Source of the DNA: Patescibacteria group bacterium
Lineage (GTDB): Bacteria; Patescibacteriota; WWE3; UBA101185; UBA10185
NCBI GenBank assembly: GCA_019428825.1
Contig: JAHYJU010000002.1
Location: 1-41,282, forward strand
Length of the DNA stretch: 41,282 bases
Reading direction: 5' to 3'
Part shown: piece by piece, positions 16,172 through 25,397 of the stretch
How positions within the stretch are numbered: position 1 is the stretch's first letter
How the letters are laid out: each line of letters opens with the position of its first letter
Position numbers and translations under genes: made by a program
The notes under the pieces: generated by a model
Seen by the model: the letters and a program-made list of their open reading frames with translations, nothing else
Told to the model about the DNA's origin: nothing
Database searches by the model: none

Positions 16172-17992
16172 TTATTCTTTGAATTTAGCGTAAATTCTCA
16201 TCTTACCTTCACCAATCTTATCTTGTTTGTATATCTCAATAGCACCAATTTCTCCCGTATTAGAAACATGGGGACCTCCGCAAAATTCTTTACTGAAACT
16301 AGACTCTAAACTTTCGCCAATGAAATAAACCTTAACTTGATCAGGATATTGCTCTCCCTCCAAATGTATAGCACCCGAACTTATAGCTTCATCCTGAGGC
16401 ATTATTTTAAAGTTGACAGGTAATTTTTTCTCAATGACGTCGTTTACTATTCTCTCAACTTCGGATATTTCTGCATCGCTCAATTTCCCTTCATGAGGAA
16501 AGTCAAATCGCAGTCTCTCGGGGGTTATGTTGCTGCCTATTTGCCTAACATGATCACCTAATACTTTCCTAAGTGCTTCATTCAATAGATGGGTTGAAGT
16601 ATGGTATCTAAGAACCTCGTTGCTTTCGTCAGATAACCCACCTTTGAATCTTTTTTCGGCACCTTTTCTGGAAACTTGTTGATGGGAAGTAATAAGTTTT
16701 TCAAAATCCTTTTCAATGTCGTCCGCTAGTTTTTCATCTATCTGAATTTTTTCCTTTAAATCCTCTATGAACATTTCTATTGGGTAACCTTGGGACTGAT
16801 ATAAGTCAAAAGAAATTTTTGCAGGTTTTAAAACTTCAATTCCCGATGAATTAACTCTCTCATTTAGATCGGAAATATTTTCTATCTTTTTATAGGATTC
16901 CTTTTGCCCTTCGTTTAATATTTTTAGAAATCTTTCTTCTTCAAGACGGAGATACTTTTCAATAAAAGATTGGTTATCATTAAGCTCGGGGTAATCTTGA
17001 AAATTTTCTTCTACAACTATTCTTGATAATCCGATTAAAAAAGGTTCGGTAATCCCAACGTTTCTACCCTTCCTAATAGCTCTTCTTATTAACCTTCTTA
17101 AAATATATCCCTGATCAACATTCGAAGGAGCTATACATCTTTGATCTCCAAGTATAAATACTGATGCTCTAGTATGGTCAGATATTATCCTAACTGAATT
17201 CTCGTCAGGGGAAACTGATATTTCTTTGATTTTCTTTATTAAGTTTTCATAAATATCTATTTCGTAAACATTATTTTTACCGTTTAAAACTGCAACGGTT
17301 CTTTCAACTCCCATACCGGTATCAACATTTTTTTGTTTTAGGGGTACATATTTTCCATCAAGCGTTTTCTCGTATTCCATAAAAACGTTGTTCCAAATTT
17401 CAACCCATTGTCCCGAGTCTTCTGCCGAATCCAAACTCGTGGTTTCACCATCTCCGGTCCAATAGAATATTTCAGTATCGGGTCCACACGGCCCTGCATT
17501 TCCCACAGGTCCCCACCAATTATCTTTTTTTCCTAGGAAAAATATTCTATCTTCTTTTATTCCCAATTTTTTCCAAATATCTGCGGAAACTTCATCTTTC
17601 GGAGCATCCTCATCACCTGCAAAACAGGTGACCGCTAATTTTTCTATAGGGATGTTTAACTCTTTTGTCAAAAACTCAAAACTCCATGAAATAGATTCTT
17701 CTTTCCAATAATCCCCTAAGGACCAATTCCCCAGCATCTCAAAAAAAGTTCCGTGAGTATCGTCGCCTACTTCGTCTATGTCATCTGTTCTCAAACATTT
17801 TTGTACGTTTACAAGTCTGTTACCAAGAGGGTGTTTTTCACCTAAAAGATAAGGAACTAAAGGATGCATACCGGCTGTAGTAAAAAGCACGGTCGGATCA
17901 TTTTCAGGGACTAGGGAAGCTGAGGGAATTACTGCATGCCCTCTTTCTTCGAAGAATTTTAAATATTTTTGTTTTAGTTCTTTTGTAGTCAT
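16172..17992 (-). CDS. alaS: alanine--tRNA ligase, short form (catalytic + tRNA-recognition + editing domains, no C-Ala/DHHA1 region)
   Basis: 606 aa. N-terminus is ELKQKYLKFFEERGHAVIPSASLVPENDPTVLFTTAGMHPLVPY. Editing-site motifs HTSTHLL and CGGPHV are present. The protein ends about 35 aa after the CGGPHV motif. Confidence 0.93.
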   Translation of the reverse strand: MTTKELKQKYLKFFEERGHAVIPSASLVPENDPTVLFTTAGMHPLVPYLLGEKHPLGNRLVNVQKCLRTDDIDEVGDDTHGTFFEMLGNWSLGDYWKEESISWSFEFLTKELNIPIEKLAVTCFAGDEDAPKDEVSADIWKKLGIKEDRIFFLGKKDNWWGPVGNAGPCGPDTEIFYWTGDGETTSLDSAEDSGQWVEIWNNVFMEYEKTLDGKYVPLKQKNVDTGMGVERTVAVLNGKNNVYEIDIYENLIKKIKEISVSPDENSVRIISDHTRASVFILGDQRCIAPSNVDQGYILRRLIRRAIRKGRNVGITEPFLIGLSRIVVEENFQDYPELNDNQSFIEKYLRLEEERFLKILNEGQKESYKKIENISDLNERVNSSGIEVLKPAKISFDLYQSQGYPIEMFIEDLKEKIQIDEKLADDIEKDFEKLITSHQQVSRKGAEKRFKGGLSDESNEVLRYHTSTHLLNEALRKVLGDHVRQIGSNITPERLRFDFPHEGKLSDAEISEVERIVNDVIEKKLPVNFKIMPQDEAISSGAIHLEGEQYPDQVKVYFIGESLESSFSKEFCGGPHVSNTGEIGAIEIYKQDKIGEGKMRIYAKFKE

Positions 17993-18061
17993 TTTTTATA
18001 GATTAAAACAACCAAATCTCAATGTTGATATTTTACCACCATCGTGATAATTTATGTACAC

Positions 18062-19255
18062 ATGGCTGTATCTACTATAAGCAATGACGAAAAACCGTTC
18101 TCAACTGCCTTAATTTACTTCCTAGGTGTACTGGGAGTTGCCCTTGTTGTTTTCTTCGGCGGAGAGCTGATAAGAAACTTAACAGGGCTTGGAAGTAAAT
18201 CAGCTCTTGAAGTAGATGTAGAAAATGGAGTCGCCCAAGTTTTAATAAATGACAAAGTTGTGGGAGACACTCCTTTTAGAACCCAAAATATTAAACCCGG
18301 TCAAAATATTGTAACTGTAAGAAACGAGCAAAGGCAGTATCAAACCGAACTAAAATTCTTACCTTCAAAAAATGAGGTTTTATACACCACGGTGATAATT
18401 AGAGACTTAGGTATTTCGGATACATTTTCTTCAGGTCAGGAATCATGGTTTGAAAAAGATGGTTCCGAAAATACTGTTAGGATAGTTTCAGAGCCATCGG
18501 GAGCTACTGTGTTCATAGACGGTTCAGACATAGGTACCACACCATTTTCATCAGGTGCTATAACAAGCGGGGAGTATGATCTCGCAATATCATTTCCGGG
18601 CTATCGTACTGAAAGATCCAGAATAAGTATTCAAAAAGGCTACACTTTAAATATATCGGCAAAGTTATTCCCTATTCCCGTTACTCCATCGGTAGATGTT
18701 TTCGAGGGATCAGAAAATCTTTACAACGTTACAATAGATAATCCAAGGATAACCTCGGACACAAGAGATTGGGTAAAGGGATTAATTTACTGGAATATTA
18801 CAGAGGGAATTAATATAGATAATGTAGGTTTAAACAGAGAAAAGGTGTTTGATTATTTCATTGACTACCTGGGAAATATTTACGATATGAATGGAAATCC
18901 GGTAGTTGCAGAAGATGATTTTGAGAGACTTAGAGACTTAGGTAGGGGTGCTTATCTTGGAACCCCGTCTACGGGAGAAGGAATAACTACCGAAGCCAGA
19001 CAAGCACTTGAGACACTTTCTAATCTGGGAGTCGAGCCTGTAAAAATATCCTCTTCTACAGCAAAAATTAAACCGACACCTTTGGGTTGGCTAAGAGTTA
19101 GACAAACCCCCAGCTTAAATGGTACTGAGCTAACAAGAGTAAATTCAGGAAATACATATAATGTTCTGGACGAGCAAGAGGGGTGGGTAAAAATAAAGGT
19201 ATCGGAAACTATTGAGGGTTGGGTTTCCTCAACATACGTGGAACTATCTGAGTAA
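18062..19255 (+). CDS. membrane-anchored PEGA-domain protein with C-terminal SH3b domain
   Basis: The track start is GTG 18044 and the first ATG is at 18062. After an N-terminal TM helix come two PEGA-like repeats (VLINDKVVGDTPFRTQNIKPGQNIVTV and VFIDGSDIGTTPFSSGAITSGEYDLAISFPGYRTE). The C-terminal SH3b-like segment is LRVRQTPSLNGTELTRVNSGNTYNVLDEQEGWVKIKV...GWVSSTYV. Confidence 0.75.
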   Translation: MAVSTISNDEKPFSTALIYFLGVLGVALVVFFGGELIRNLTGLGSKSALEVDVENGVAQVLINDKVVGDTPFRTQNIKPGQNIVTVRNEQRQYQTELKFLPSKNEVLYTTVIIRDLGISDTFSSGQESWFEKDGSENTVRIVSEPSGATVFIDGSDIGTTPFSSGAITSGEYDLAISFPGYRTERSRISIQKGYTLNISAKLFPIPVTPSVDVFEGSENLYNVTIDNPRITSDTRDWVKGLIYWNITEGINIDNVGLNREKVFDYFIDYLGNIYDMNGNPVVAEDDFERLRDLGRGAYLGTPSTGEGITTEARQALETLSNLGVEPVKISSSTAKIKPTPLGWLRVRQTPSLNGTELTRVNSGNTYNVLDEQEGWVKIKVSETIEGWVSSTYVELSE

Positions 19256-21145
19256 ATCCGACCACTCCAAAAGATCGGGTCTCAATTCTTCTATTCTGAA
19301 TAGACTCTTTTCATAACTTTCATTTAAACCTAATCTTTTTTCATATCTTGCAACAGCTAGTACTACACCGACATCATTCCAATACTCTCCTTTTACCATA
19401 TCAAAAAATTCAGATGCTTGAGAAATATATTTTTCATCAATGTTACCTTCACCCGGAGCTATAGAAACATCCCTAACTCCTAAAAAGTAGTAAATAGGAA
19501 TAGAGTTCCTTAAAGTAACTAAGTTATAAGGATTTAAATCCTCTGCTTTTTTAAGGTCATCAAGTATTAATGATTTTATCTCTTCAGTATTTTCCGAAGA
19601 AACAAGATAAACAGTTCTTATTTTAGCTCTGCCTCGGTAGTAGTTAGGCTCATAGGGATTTATTTGTATCGCTTTATCTGCAAAATTAATAGCTTGATCT
19701 ACCTGACTTTCCCCTGCTAAATCCTGAGATTTTCTAAAATGAACATCTGCAAAATAAACCTCCGATATTTTATAAACAAAAATGAAATAAACTAACCAGA
19801 CAGGTACTAAGTAAATATACTTTTTGTCTTTAACTATGGTAATAACTTTCTTCTTTTTTGATTTAGATTTCTTATCTATAAATCCCTGTCGAATATACTC
19901 ATCAGATATGCAAAGGAAAAACCAAAATAATAAACTAGTAGAAACAACCGGCCAACCGAATAAATTCGATATACCAAAAGCTACAAATGACGGTGCTAAA
20001 TAACCGGGAGATTTTTTTATTAACTTAAACATCAAAACTACAAAAATTATCAAGAAAAAAATTCCGGACTCGGACCACATTTCCAAGTAATAATTGTGGG
20101 GTTTATTAAAAACAAAATCCCATTCCGAAGAATAGTTTAACTCCCTGCTCCTGAATGGCTGAAAAGCGTATGGAAATGTCTCCGGTCCTGACCCGAAGAA
20201 AAAAACTTTAGAATTTGAAAAAATTAGATCTAAACTACTTTTCCATAGTTCAATCCGAATAAAGCCTGGGTCGGACAATGTATTTTCAACTCCCTGAGCA
20301 TAAACTTTTTTTAGAATAAATGTTTGTTTTTTTAAATCTACAAAAACATCGCTTATCTTATCTTTAAAAATCCCTAAATTTGAGAAAGAAATAAAAATAG
20401 AAATTGCAGAAAACATAATTACTCTTCCCTTTATATCTTTAACTTTATTTTCGGTTTTCCACATTTTGATTAATACTAAAATCACAGCAACAATAAAGCT
20501 AAAAATCCCGGATGTGGAATAAGAGACCCAGAGACAATAAAACCCAAATACATATACTGCAAACCATACTTTATATCTTCCCGATTCCTCTGTAAGTAGA
20601 AAATAAACTACCAAAGGGAGAAGCATTGCAAGATACTGGGCTAACCAATTAGGCTGACCTATTGATGAAAATGCTCTGACTGTTCCATTGAAATACTGAG
20701 ACAGGCCCAAAAAGCTTATAGGTAATATCGTGAACAATGTAATTTTCAATATTTTCTCATAATCATCTTTGTTTAATTTATTTATTCCTACAAAATACAG
20801 ACCGAAGAAAACCAAGTTGGACAATAAACTATCGTTAAACCTTGAGTAATAACCAAAAAACGAAGTGTATAAGTGTGATGAAAGTAATGTTGATATTAAA
20901 AATAATGTAAGAAGGGCTAAAACTAGGGGATGAGGAGTTTTAATCTCAAACAGATTTATTAAATAATCAGATACAAAGAAAAAAATAATAAAAATACCTA
21001 ATAGGTATATAAAGTACATCTTGGGAAACTCAAAAAGCTCGTTTGTATTACTAACAAATATCAGCGGGGTGAAAAACAACAGTATCGAATAGAACATTAA
21101 ATATGGCTTTTTTAGAATATCCTTGATTGACTCGAGTATTGTCAT
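19244..21145 (-). CDS. O-antigen ligase/polymerase-like (Wzy_C-type) polytopic membrane protein with C-terminal TPR-like region
   Basis: 633 aa with about 10-12 TM helices. The loop SSIGQPNWLAQYLAMLLPL is typical of O-antigen-ligase-family proteins. The soluble C-terminal ~170 aa look like helical repeats. Confidence 0.6.
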   Translation of the reverse strand: MTILESIKDILKKPYLMFYSILLFFTPLIFVSNTNELFEFPKMYFIYLLGIFIIFFFVSDYLINLFEIKTPHPLVLALLTLFLISTLLSSHLYTSFFGYYSRFNDSLLSNLVFFGLYFVGINKLNKDDYEKILKITLFTILPISFLGLSQYFNGTVRAFSSIGQPNWLAQYLAMLLPLVVYFLLTEESGRYKVWFAVYVFGFYCLWVSYSTSGIFSFIVAVILVLIKMWKTENKVKDIKGRVIMFSAISIFISFSNLGIFKDKISDVFVDLKKQTFILKKVYAQGVENTLSDPGFIRIELWKSSLDLIFSNSKVFFFGSGPETFPYAFQPFRSRELNYSSEWDFVFNKPHNYYLEMWSESGIFFLIIFVVLMFKLIKKSPGYLAPSFVAFGISNLFGWPVVSTSLLFWFFLCISDEYIRQGFIDKKSKSKKKKVITIVKDKKYIYLVPVWLVYFIFVYKISEVYFADVHFRKSQDLAGESQVDQAINFADKAIQINPYEPNYYRGRAKIRTVYLVSSENTEEIKSLILDDLKKAEDLNPYNLVTLRNSIPIYYFLGVRDVSIAPGEGNIDEKYISQASEFFDMVKGEYWNDVGVVLAVARYEKRLGLNESYEKSLFRIEELRPDLLEWSDLLR

Positions 21146-21211
21146 AGTAGTAATATGATATCAGTCCTGCTAATAATTTTCCCATATTTATGACAGCAGG
21201 AAAAAATAATT

Positions 21212-21781
21212 ATGCTGTCCAAAGCACTGGTAAAATTAATTGATAAAGCTATAATACCGGCTCTTCTGCTGTTGTCCTCAAGAATTGTCTCCATAATACT
21301 GGTAGCAAAATACTATGGAATAAGTTTTAAAATCGACAGTTCGGGCTTTGTTTTTCAAAATTCTTCCGATTATGTAAAAGTAAATTCTTATTCAGCATTA
21401 ATAATGACTTTCATGCTCGTGATAGGTCTTGGTTATGTGGTAATAAAATCTCTCTTTTTTCATGAATCTCACATAAAACCTACTTTTACGGCAAGACTTT
21501 TTTCACTAAAGGCAGAGTCTTTTATACAAAACTCTTACGAAATATATACACAGGGAGCTATTTGGCTTTCTTACTCATACCTTCTTCTTATCGTATCAGG
21601 AATTATGTCGGCGTCTGGATTGATGTATAGCTGGGTTTTCTACGTAATTTTAGGAATCACTTTATCAACAACTTTGATATTTATTTTAGATATGGAAGAA
21701 GAAATAAAAATTAAAAAAGAAGATAGTGTTGAATATGATATGGATAGAAGTTTTATAGAATTACCGGGAGATTTAGAATGA
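21212..21781 (+). CDS. hypothetical integral membrane protein
   Basis: 189 aa with four predicted hydrophobic helices. Its ATGA start/stop overlap with the next ORF suggests translational coupling. No recognisable motif. Confidence 0.5.
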   Translation: MLSKALVKLIDKAIIPALLLLSSRIVSIILVAKYYGISFKIDSSGFVFQNSSDYVKVNSYSALIMTFMLVIGLGYVVIKSLFFHESHIKPTFTARLFSLKAESFIQNSYEIYTQGAIWLSYSYLLLIVSGIMSASGLMYSWVFYVILGITLSTTLIFILDMEEEIKIKKEDSVEYDMDRSFIELPGDLE

Positions 21782-22137
21782 AAATTTTTAAAATAGTCAT
21801 GAATCTAACTTTACTAATAATGCTTGGAAGTATGCTGCTTCTGCCCACCGGAATCATGGGATTAATGAAATTTGAAGAAAGCCCCTCGGTATTATCAGCT
21901 CAAGATGAAAGAGTACAAGTAAATGTTGAGGGTCCCGGTATAAGATCTTTAGACGATCCTGAGGCAAACGTACCTGAGGACATTATGGAATTAATACTGA
22001 GAATGGAAAGAGAGTATTACCAAACACAGGAACCTGAATTTGTGGAGGATGTTGAAAGAACAGAAGAGCAGGAAATAGAAATAGTACCTGAACCAATTGA
22101 TTTAGAAGAAGATGTAGAAATATCAGAGAACGAGTAA
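21778..22137 (+). CDS. hypothetical membrane-anchored, highly acidic protein
   Basis: 119 aa, with an N-terminal TM/signal-anchor and an E/D-rich remainder. Confidence 0.45.
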   Translation: MKIFKIVMNLTLLIMLGSMLLLPTGIMGLMKFEESPSVLSAQDERVQVNVEGPGIRSLDDPEANVPEDIMELILRMEREYYQTQEPEFVEDVERTEEQEIEIVPEPIDLEEDVEISENE

Positions 22138-22153
22138 AACTATTCTTAGATTT

Positions 22154-23098
22154 TTATAATCCCGGCAAAAAGAAGGTAATAAAAGCTGTAATTGAGGCCC
22201 AAATTAACACTGTTACAAGAAGCGGTCCATCAGACAAAAGAACTCTTTCGGGGGACTCCCCCTCTTCCTTTTCATATATCACATATAAATATCTTGCTAT
22301 CCCGTAAATAACGAGGGGAATAGTTAACATCATTAATTTTGGGGTTTTAAGAACTACAGGCAAAAAATCCGCCAATACTCCGCTAACTTCGCTTGGAGAT
22401 ACCATAAATGTAAATAGCGAGTATGTGAGTATGGTATAAGCAGATGACATAGATATCATGCTATCAAGCAAAGTATCGGGGTAATGTCTGAGGGTTTTTC
22501 TTGTTTGAGTCTCTTTTGAATCCCCCGAGAATTTTGCCAAAATAGTTTTCTCTGACCTTCTCTTTCCAAAAGCAAGAAGCATTGAAATTCCTATTGTTGT
22601 AAGAATAAGCCAAGAAGATATAGATGTTCTGGATGCAAAACCGCCTGCAAATACTCTTATTATGAAACCCGTAGCTACTATCAAAGAATCAAGGATAATT
22701 ACATTTCTAAAATAAAACGAATAAGAGAGTTGTATAACAACATATACGATAAGCATTACCGAGAAAAAATCCTCTAAAAAAATAAACGAATAGATTATTG
22801 AAGAAGATATCAACAAAAAGGATATTATCAAGGCAACAACCGGGGAAAGATCCCCCGATGCTATAGCTCTGTTCTTCTTTATAGGGTGTAACCTATCCTT
22901 CGGTGCGTCTATAACGTCGTTTAAAAAATAGGCGCCGGAGGATACAGCACAAAAAGCTGCGAAAGCTCTTATAGACCAAAGAAAGACCTCTCCATCCAAC
23001 AAGGTACCGGCGAAGAAAGGCGCCGCAAATATGCTAAAGTTTTTTAGCCATTGCCTCGGTCTGGCAGTTCTAACTATGTGGTATATTTTCCTTATCAT
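22154..23098 (-). CDS. UbiA-family prenyltransferase, decaprenyl-phosphate phosphoribosyltransferase (DPPR synthase)-like
   Basis: The track start at 23134 is TTG (it overlaps the stop of the upstream regulator). The first ATG is at 23098 (MIRKIYHIVRTARPRQW). RPRQWLKNFSIFAAPFFAG...AFAAFCAVSSGAYFLNDVIDAPKDRLHPIKKNRAIASG closely follows the pattern of Rv3806c-type DPPR synthases. Confidence 0.82.
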   Translation of the reverse strand: MIRKIYHIVRTARPRQWLKNFSIFAAPFFAGTLLDGEVFLWSIRAFAAFCAVSSGAYFLNDVIDAPKDRLHPIKKNRAIASGDLSPVVALIISFLLISSSIIYSFIFLEDFFSVMLIVYVVIQLSYSFYFRNVIILDSLIVATGFIIRVFAGGFASRTSISSWLILTTIGISMLLAFGKRRSEKTILAKFSGDSKETQTRKTLRHYPDTLLDSMISMSSAYTILTYSLFTFMVSPSEVSGVLADFLPVVLKTPKLMMLTIPLVIYGIARYLYVIYEKEEGESPERVLLSDGPLLVTVLIWASITAFITFFLPGL

Positions 23099-23130
23099 TA
23101 TGTTGATAATAGGGCTTTTATCCAATTTTC

Positions 23131-23802
23131 TCAAGTCTCAATTTCATAACCAAAACCCCTTCTGGTTTTAATAGCACCCTCCCCCTCAGTATTAACTAGC
23201 TTCATTCTTATATTTCTTATATGAACTTCCACTGTATTACTAATTACGTCAATTCCTTTTTCCCAAACATGTTCTAATAATTCCTCCTTAGAAACCATTC
23301 TCCCACGATTTATCATCAAATACTCCATCAGGTCAAATTCTTTTCTCCTTAAATAAATATAAGTTTCTCCAGCAAAAAATTTCTTATCTTTCATATTCAA
23401 TGATAGGTTGCCGGAAGATATAGTGTTTTGACAATTTTTTGAATTTCCGTTTCTTCTTGTTAAAACATTAATTTGAGCTAATATTTCGTAAACGTCTATC
23501 GGTTTAAAAATTATTACGTCAACCCCGGCATCAAAACTCCTTACTCTATAGGCACAGTCATTATTATCGGAAATTAATACTATCGGAGTCTCCACCTGCA
23601 GACTTCTTATCATTGAGCATAATTCCAAACCGCACATATCAGGTAATTCTGAGTTTATAACAATAATGTCATACAAATTGCACTCGGATAAATATATGGA
23701 ACTGGGCTCGTCAGACGCTATATCAATAATATAATACTTCTCCAACTCGGGGATTAATTTTTCTATGTCTTCTTTGTTGCAACTTATTAACAATAATCTC
23801 AT
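23131..23802 (-). CDS. OmpR/PhoB-family winged-helix regulator with a degenerate (aspartate-less) receiver domain
   Basis: The track start at 23814 is TTG; ATG is at 23802 (MRLLLIS). The receiver fold is recognisable, but the acidic pair is replaced (LLLISCN versus xxVDDD) and the phospho-acceptor position reads DIIVINSELPDMCG (N instead of D). T/S (VLISD) and K (IIFKPI) are retained. The C-terminal Trans_reg_C segment is RRKEFDLMEYLMINRGRMVSKEELLEHVW...VEVHIRNIRMKL...IKTRRGFGYEI. Confidence 0.85.
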   Translation of the reverse strand: MRLLLISCNKEDIEKLIPELEKYYIIDIASDEPSSIYLSECNLYDIIVINSELPDMCGLELCSMIRSLQVETPIVLISDNNDCAYRVRSFDAGVDVIIFKPIDVYEILAQINVLTRRNGNSKNCQNTISSGNLSLNMKDKKFFAGETYIYLRRKEFDLMEYLMINRGRMVSKEELLEHVWEKGIDVISNTVEVHIRNIRMKLVNTEGEGAIKTRRGFGYEIET

Positions 23803-23889
23803 TTTTATAAACAACTTAGAATATTTTTACGGAAGAACATTAAATTAAAATTAAAAAATGGGTAAAAAACTAATGGGACGATAAATTAC

Positions 23890-25395
23890 CTATGTAATAG
23901 TGTTGGGTTCTTTCTTTTTTAAACCTAAGCTCACATTGAGAGTCACAATAGCAAATGCCACCACACCCATAATTACAAAAGTTAATTTAAGAACTATTCT
24001 TTCTGGAGAAAGTAATCCGATTAACCCGAAAATACCGGTCGCGAACCAGTAAAATAGGGCTACTTTACCAACACCCCAACCTTTTTCTAACAAAATATGG
24101 TGAAGGTGTCCCCTGTCGCCTTTGAATGGATTTCTACCTTTCAAAACACGCCTGCTAACTGTAAATAGTGCGTCTAAAAAAGGAACGAGTAGAATAAGTA
24201 CTGACACTGCAATTTTTGCTTGAGCTAAAATTGCTAAGCTCGCAATAACCAAACCCGCTGACATAGCTCCAAACCCCCACATTATCTTTGATGGGTGCCA
24301 ATTGTATTTTACTGAACCAAAAGATGCTCCGGCGCTTATCATTGATAAAATAGCTATATGTTTTTGAAAAATCGTAATATCATCGAACCTGAGAGCAAGG
24401 AGTGATATTAAAATTGACGCAATACCTACTATGCCGGGAAATTGACCATCGACTCCGTTAGACCATGATAAAACGTTCATTAACCAAACAACCCACAATG
24501 TTGTCAGTAAAATAGGAACTACCTGAATAGAGTTACTCCCCATACTAATCTGAAAAATATTCAGGTCAATGATTCCACCTGAAGGGTTGCTAACGTTGTA
24601 TATAATAACTCCGGATAAAACTACCGGAAGAACACTTACAAATAATAAAAATAGTCTTAGAACAGGATTCTCCATAAATCTGTACCCTGACTTTGGGTGG
24701 GTATTTTGATAGTCATCAATAATCCCAAGTATTGCAGTCATAAAGATAGAAATGTACACACCGTATAGTTCTTTTTTGAAGCCTACAAATATTATTGCAA
24801 GTAATAGAAAAACGATAGCATAGACAAAACCTCCCCCTCTTGCTGACGGTGCCTGCAATATCATTCCCGGATGGTCGTGAACCTTGGGATTTGTAATTAT
24901 CTTTCTACTTTTAGCGTATTCTATGAAATAGGGCATGAGAATTCTCATTAAGAAAAATGCTAATACAAAAGACGGAAGTAGGTTAACGTATTTAGGATCA
25001 ATAATAGCTTCAAAAGGAACAGAAGATATTCTTATAATTCTTAGTACAGAACCGATCAGAAAAAGGTTCACAAAAAAAATAAAATACCAAACAATGTCCT
25101 CTAAATATCTTATATAAAATTTGTTGAGAAGGGTTAGTAAAAGACCAAATATATTTATCCCCAAGCAAATTAGAGGTATCAAATATAAATTGCTTTTAGA
25201 TGCAAGTTGTGTATCACCCCATGTTCTGGTGTACCAAAAGGGAATCTCATCGTTTATATAAAAAAATCTTAATAAAATATATATGAATAGAAAAATAGAT
25301 AGGAGAGAGTTTAAAGTAAAACCTGAGAGATTTTTATCTTTTAATTTTTTCGAAATGTAATCGGTTGTTTTTGATATTCTTTTAGCTATTTTCAT
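23890..25395 (-). CDS. glycosyltransferase family 4 polyprenyl-phosphate sugar-1-phosphate transferase (MraY/WecA/TagO-like) with extra N-terminal TM region
   Basis: 501 aa. Motifs are GIIDDYQN, NVLSWSNGVDGQ and DRGHLHHILLEKGW. It has many TM helices, and about 150 additional N-terminal residues compared with typical family members (estimate). Confidence 0.82.
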   Translation of the reverse strand: MKIAKRISKTTDYISKKLKDKNLSGFTLNSLLSIFLFIYILLRFFYINDEIPFWYTRTWGDTQLASKSNLYLIPLICLGINIFGLLLTLLNKFYIRYLEDIVWYFIFFVNLFLIGSVLRIIRISSVPFEAIIDPKYVNLLPSFVLAFFLMRILMPYFIEYAKSRKIITNPKVHDHPGMILQAPSARGGGFVYAIVFLLLAIIFVGFKKELYGVYISIFMTAILGIIDDYQNTHPKSGYRFMENPVLRLFLLFVSVLPVVLSGVIIYNVSNPSGGIIDLNIFQISMGSNSIQVVPILLTTLWVVWLMNVLSWSNGVDGQFPGIVGIASILISLLALRFDDITIFQKHIAILSMISAGASFGSVKYNWHPSKIMWGFGAMSAGLVIASLAILAQAKIAVSVLILLVPFLDALFTVSRRVLKGRNPFKGDRGHLHHILLEKGWGVGKVALFYWFATGIFGLIGLLSPERIVLKLTFVIMGVVAFAIVTLNVSLGLKKKEPNTIT

Positions 25396-25397
25396 AC

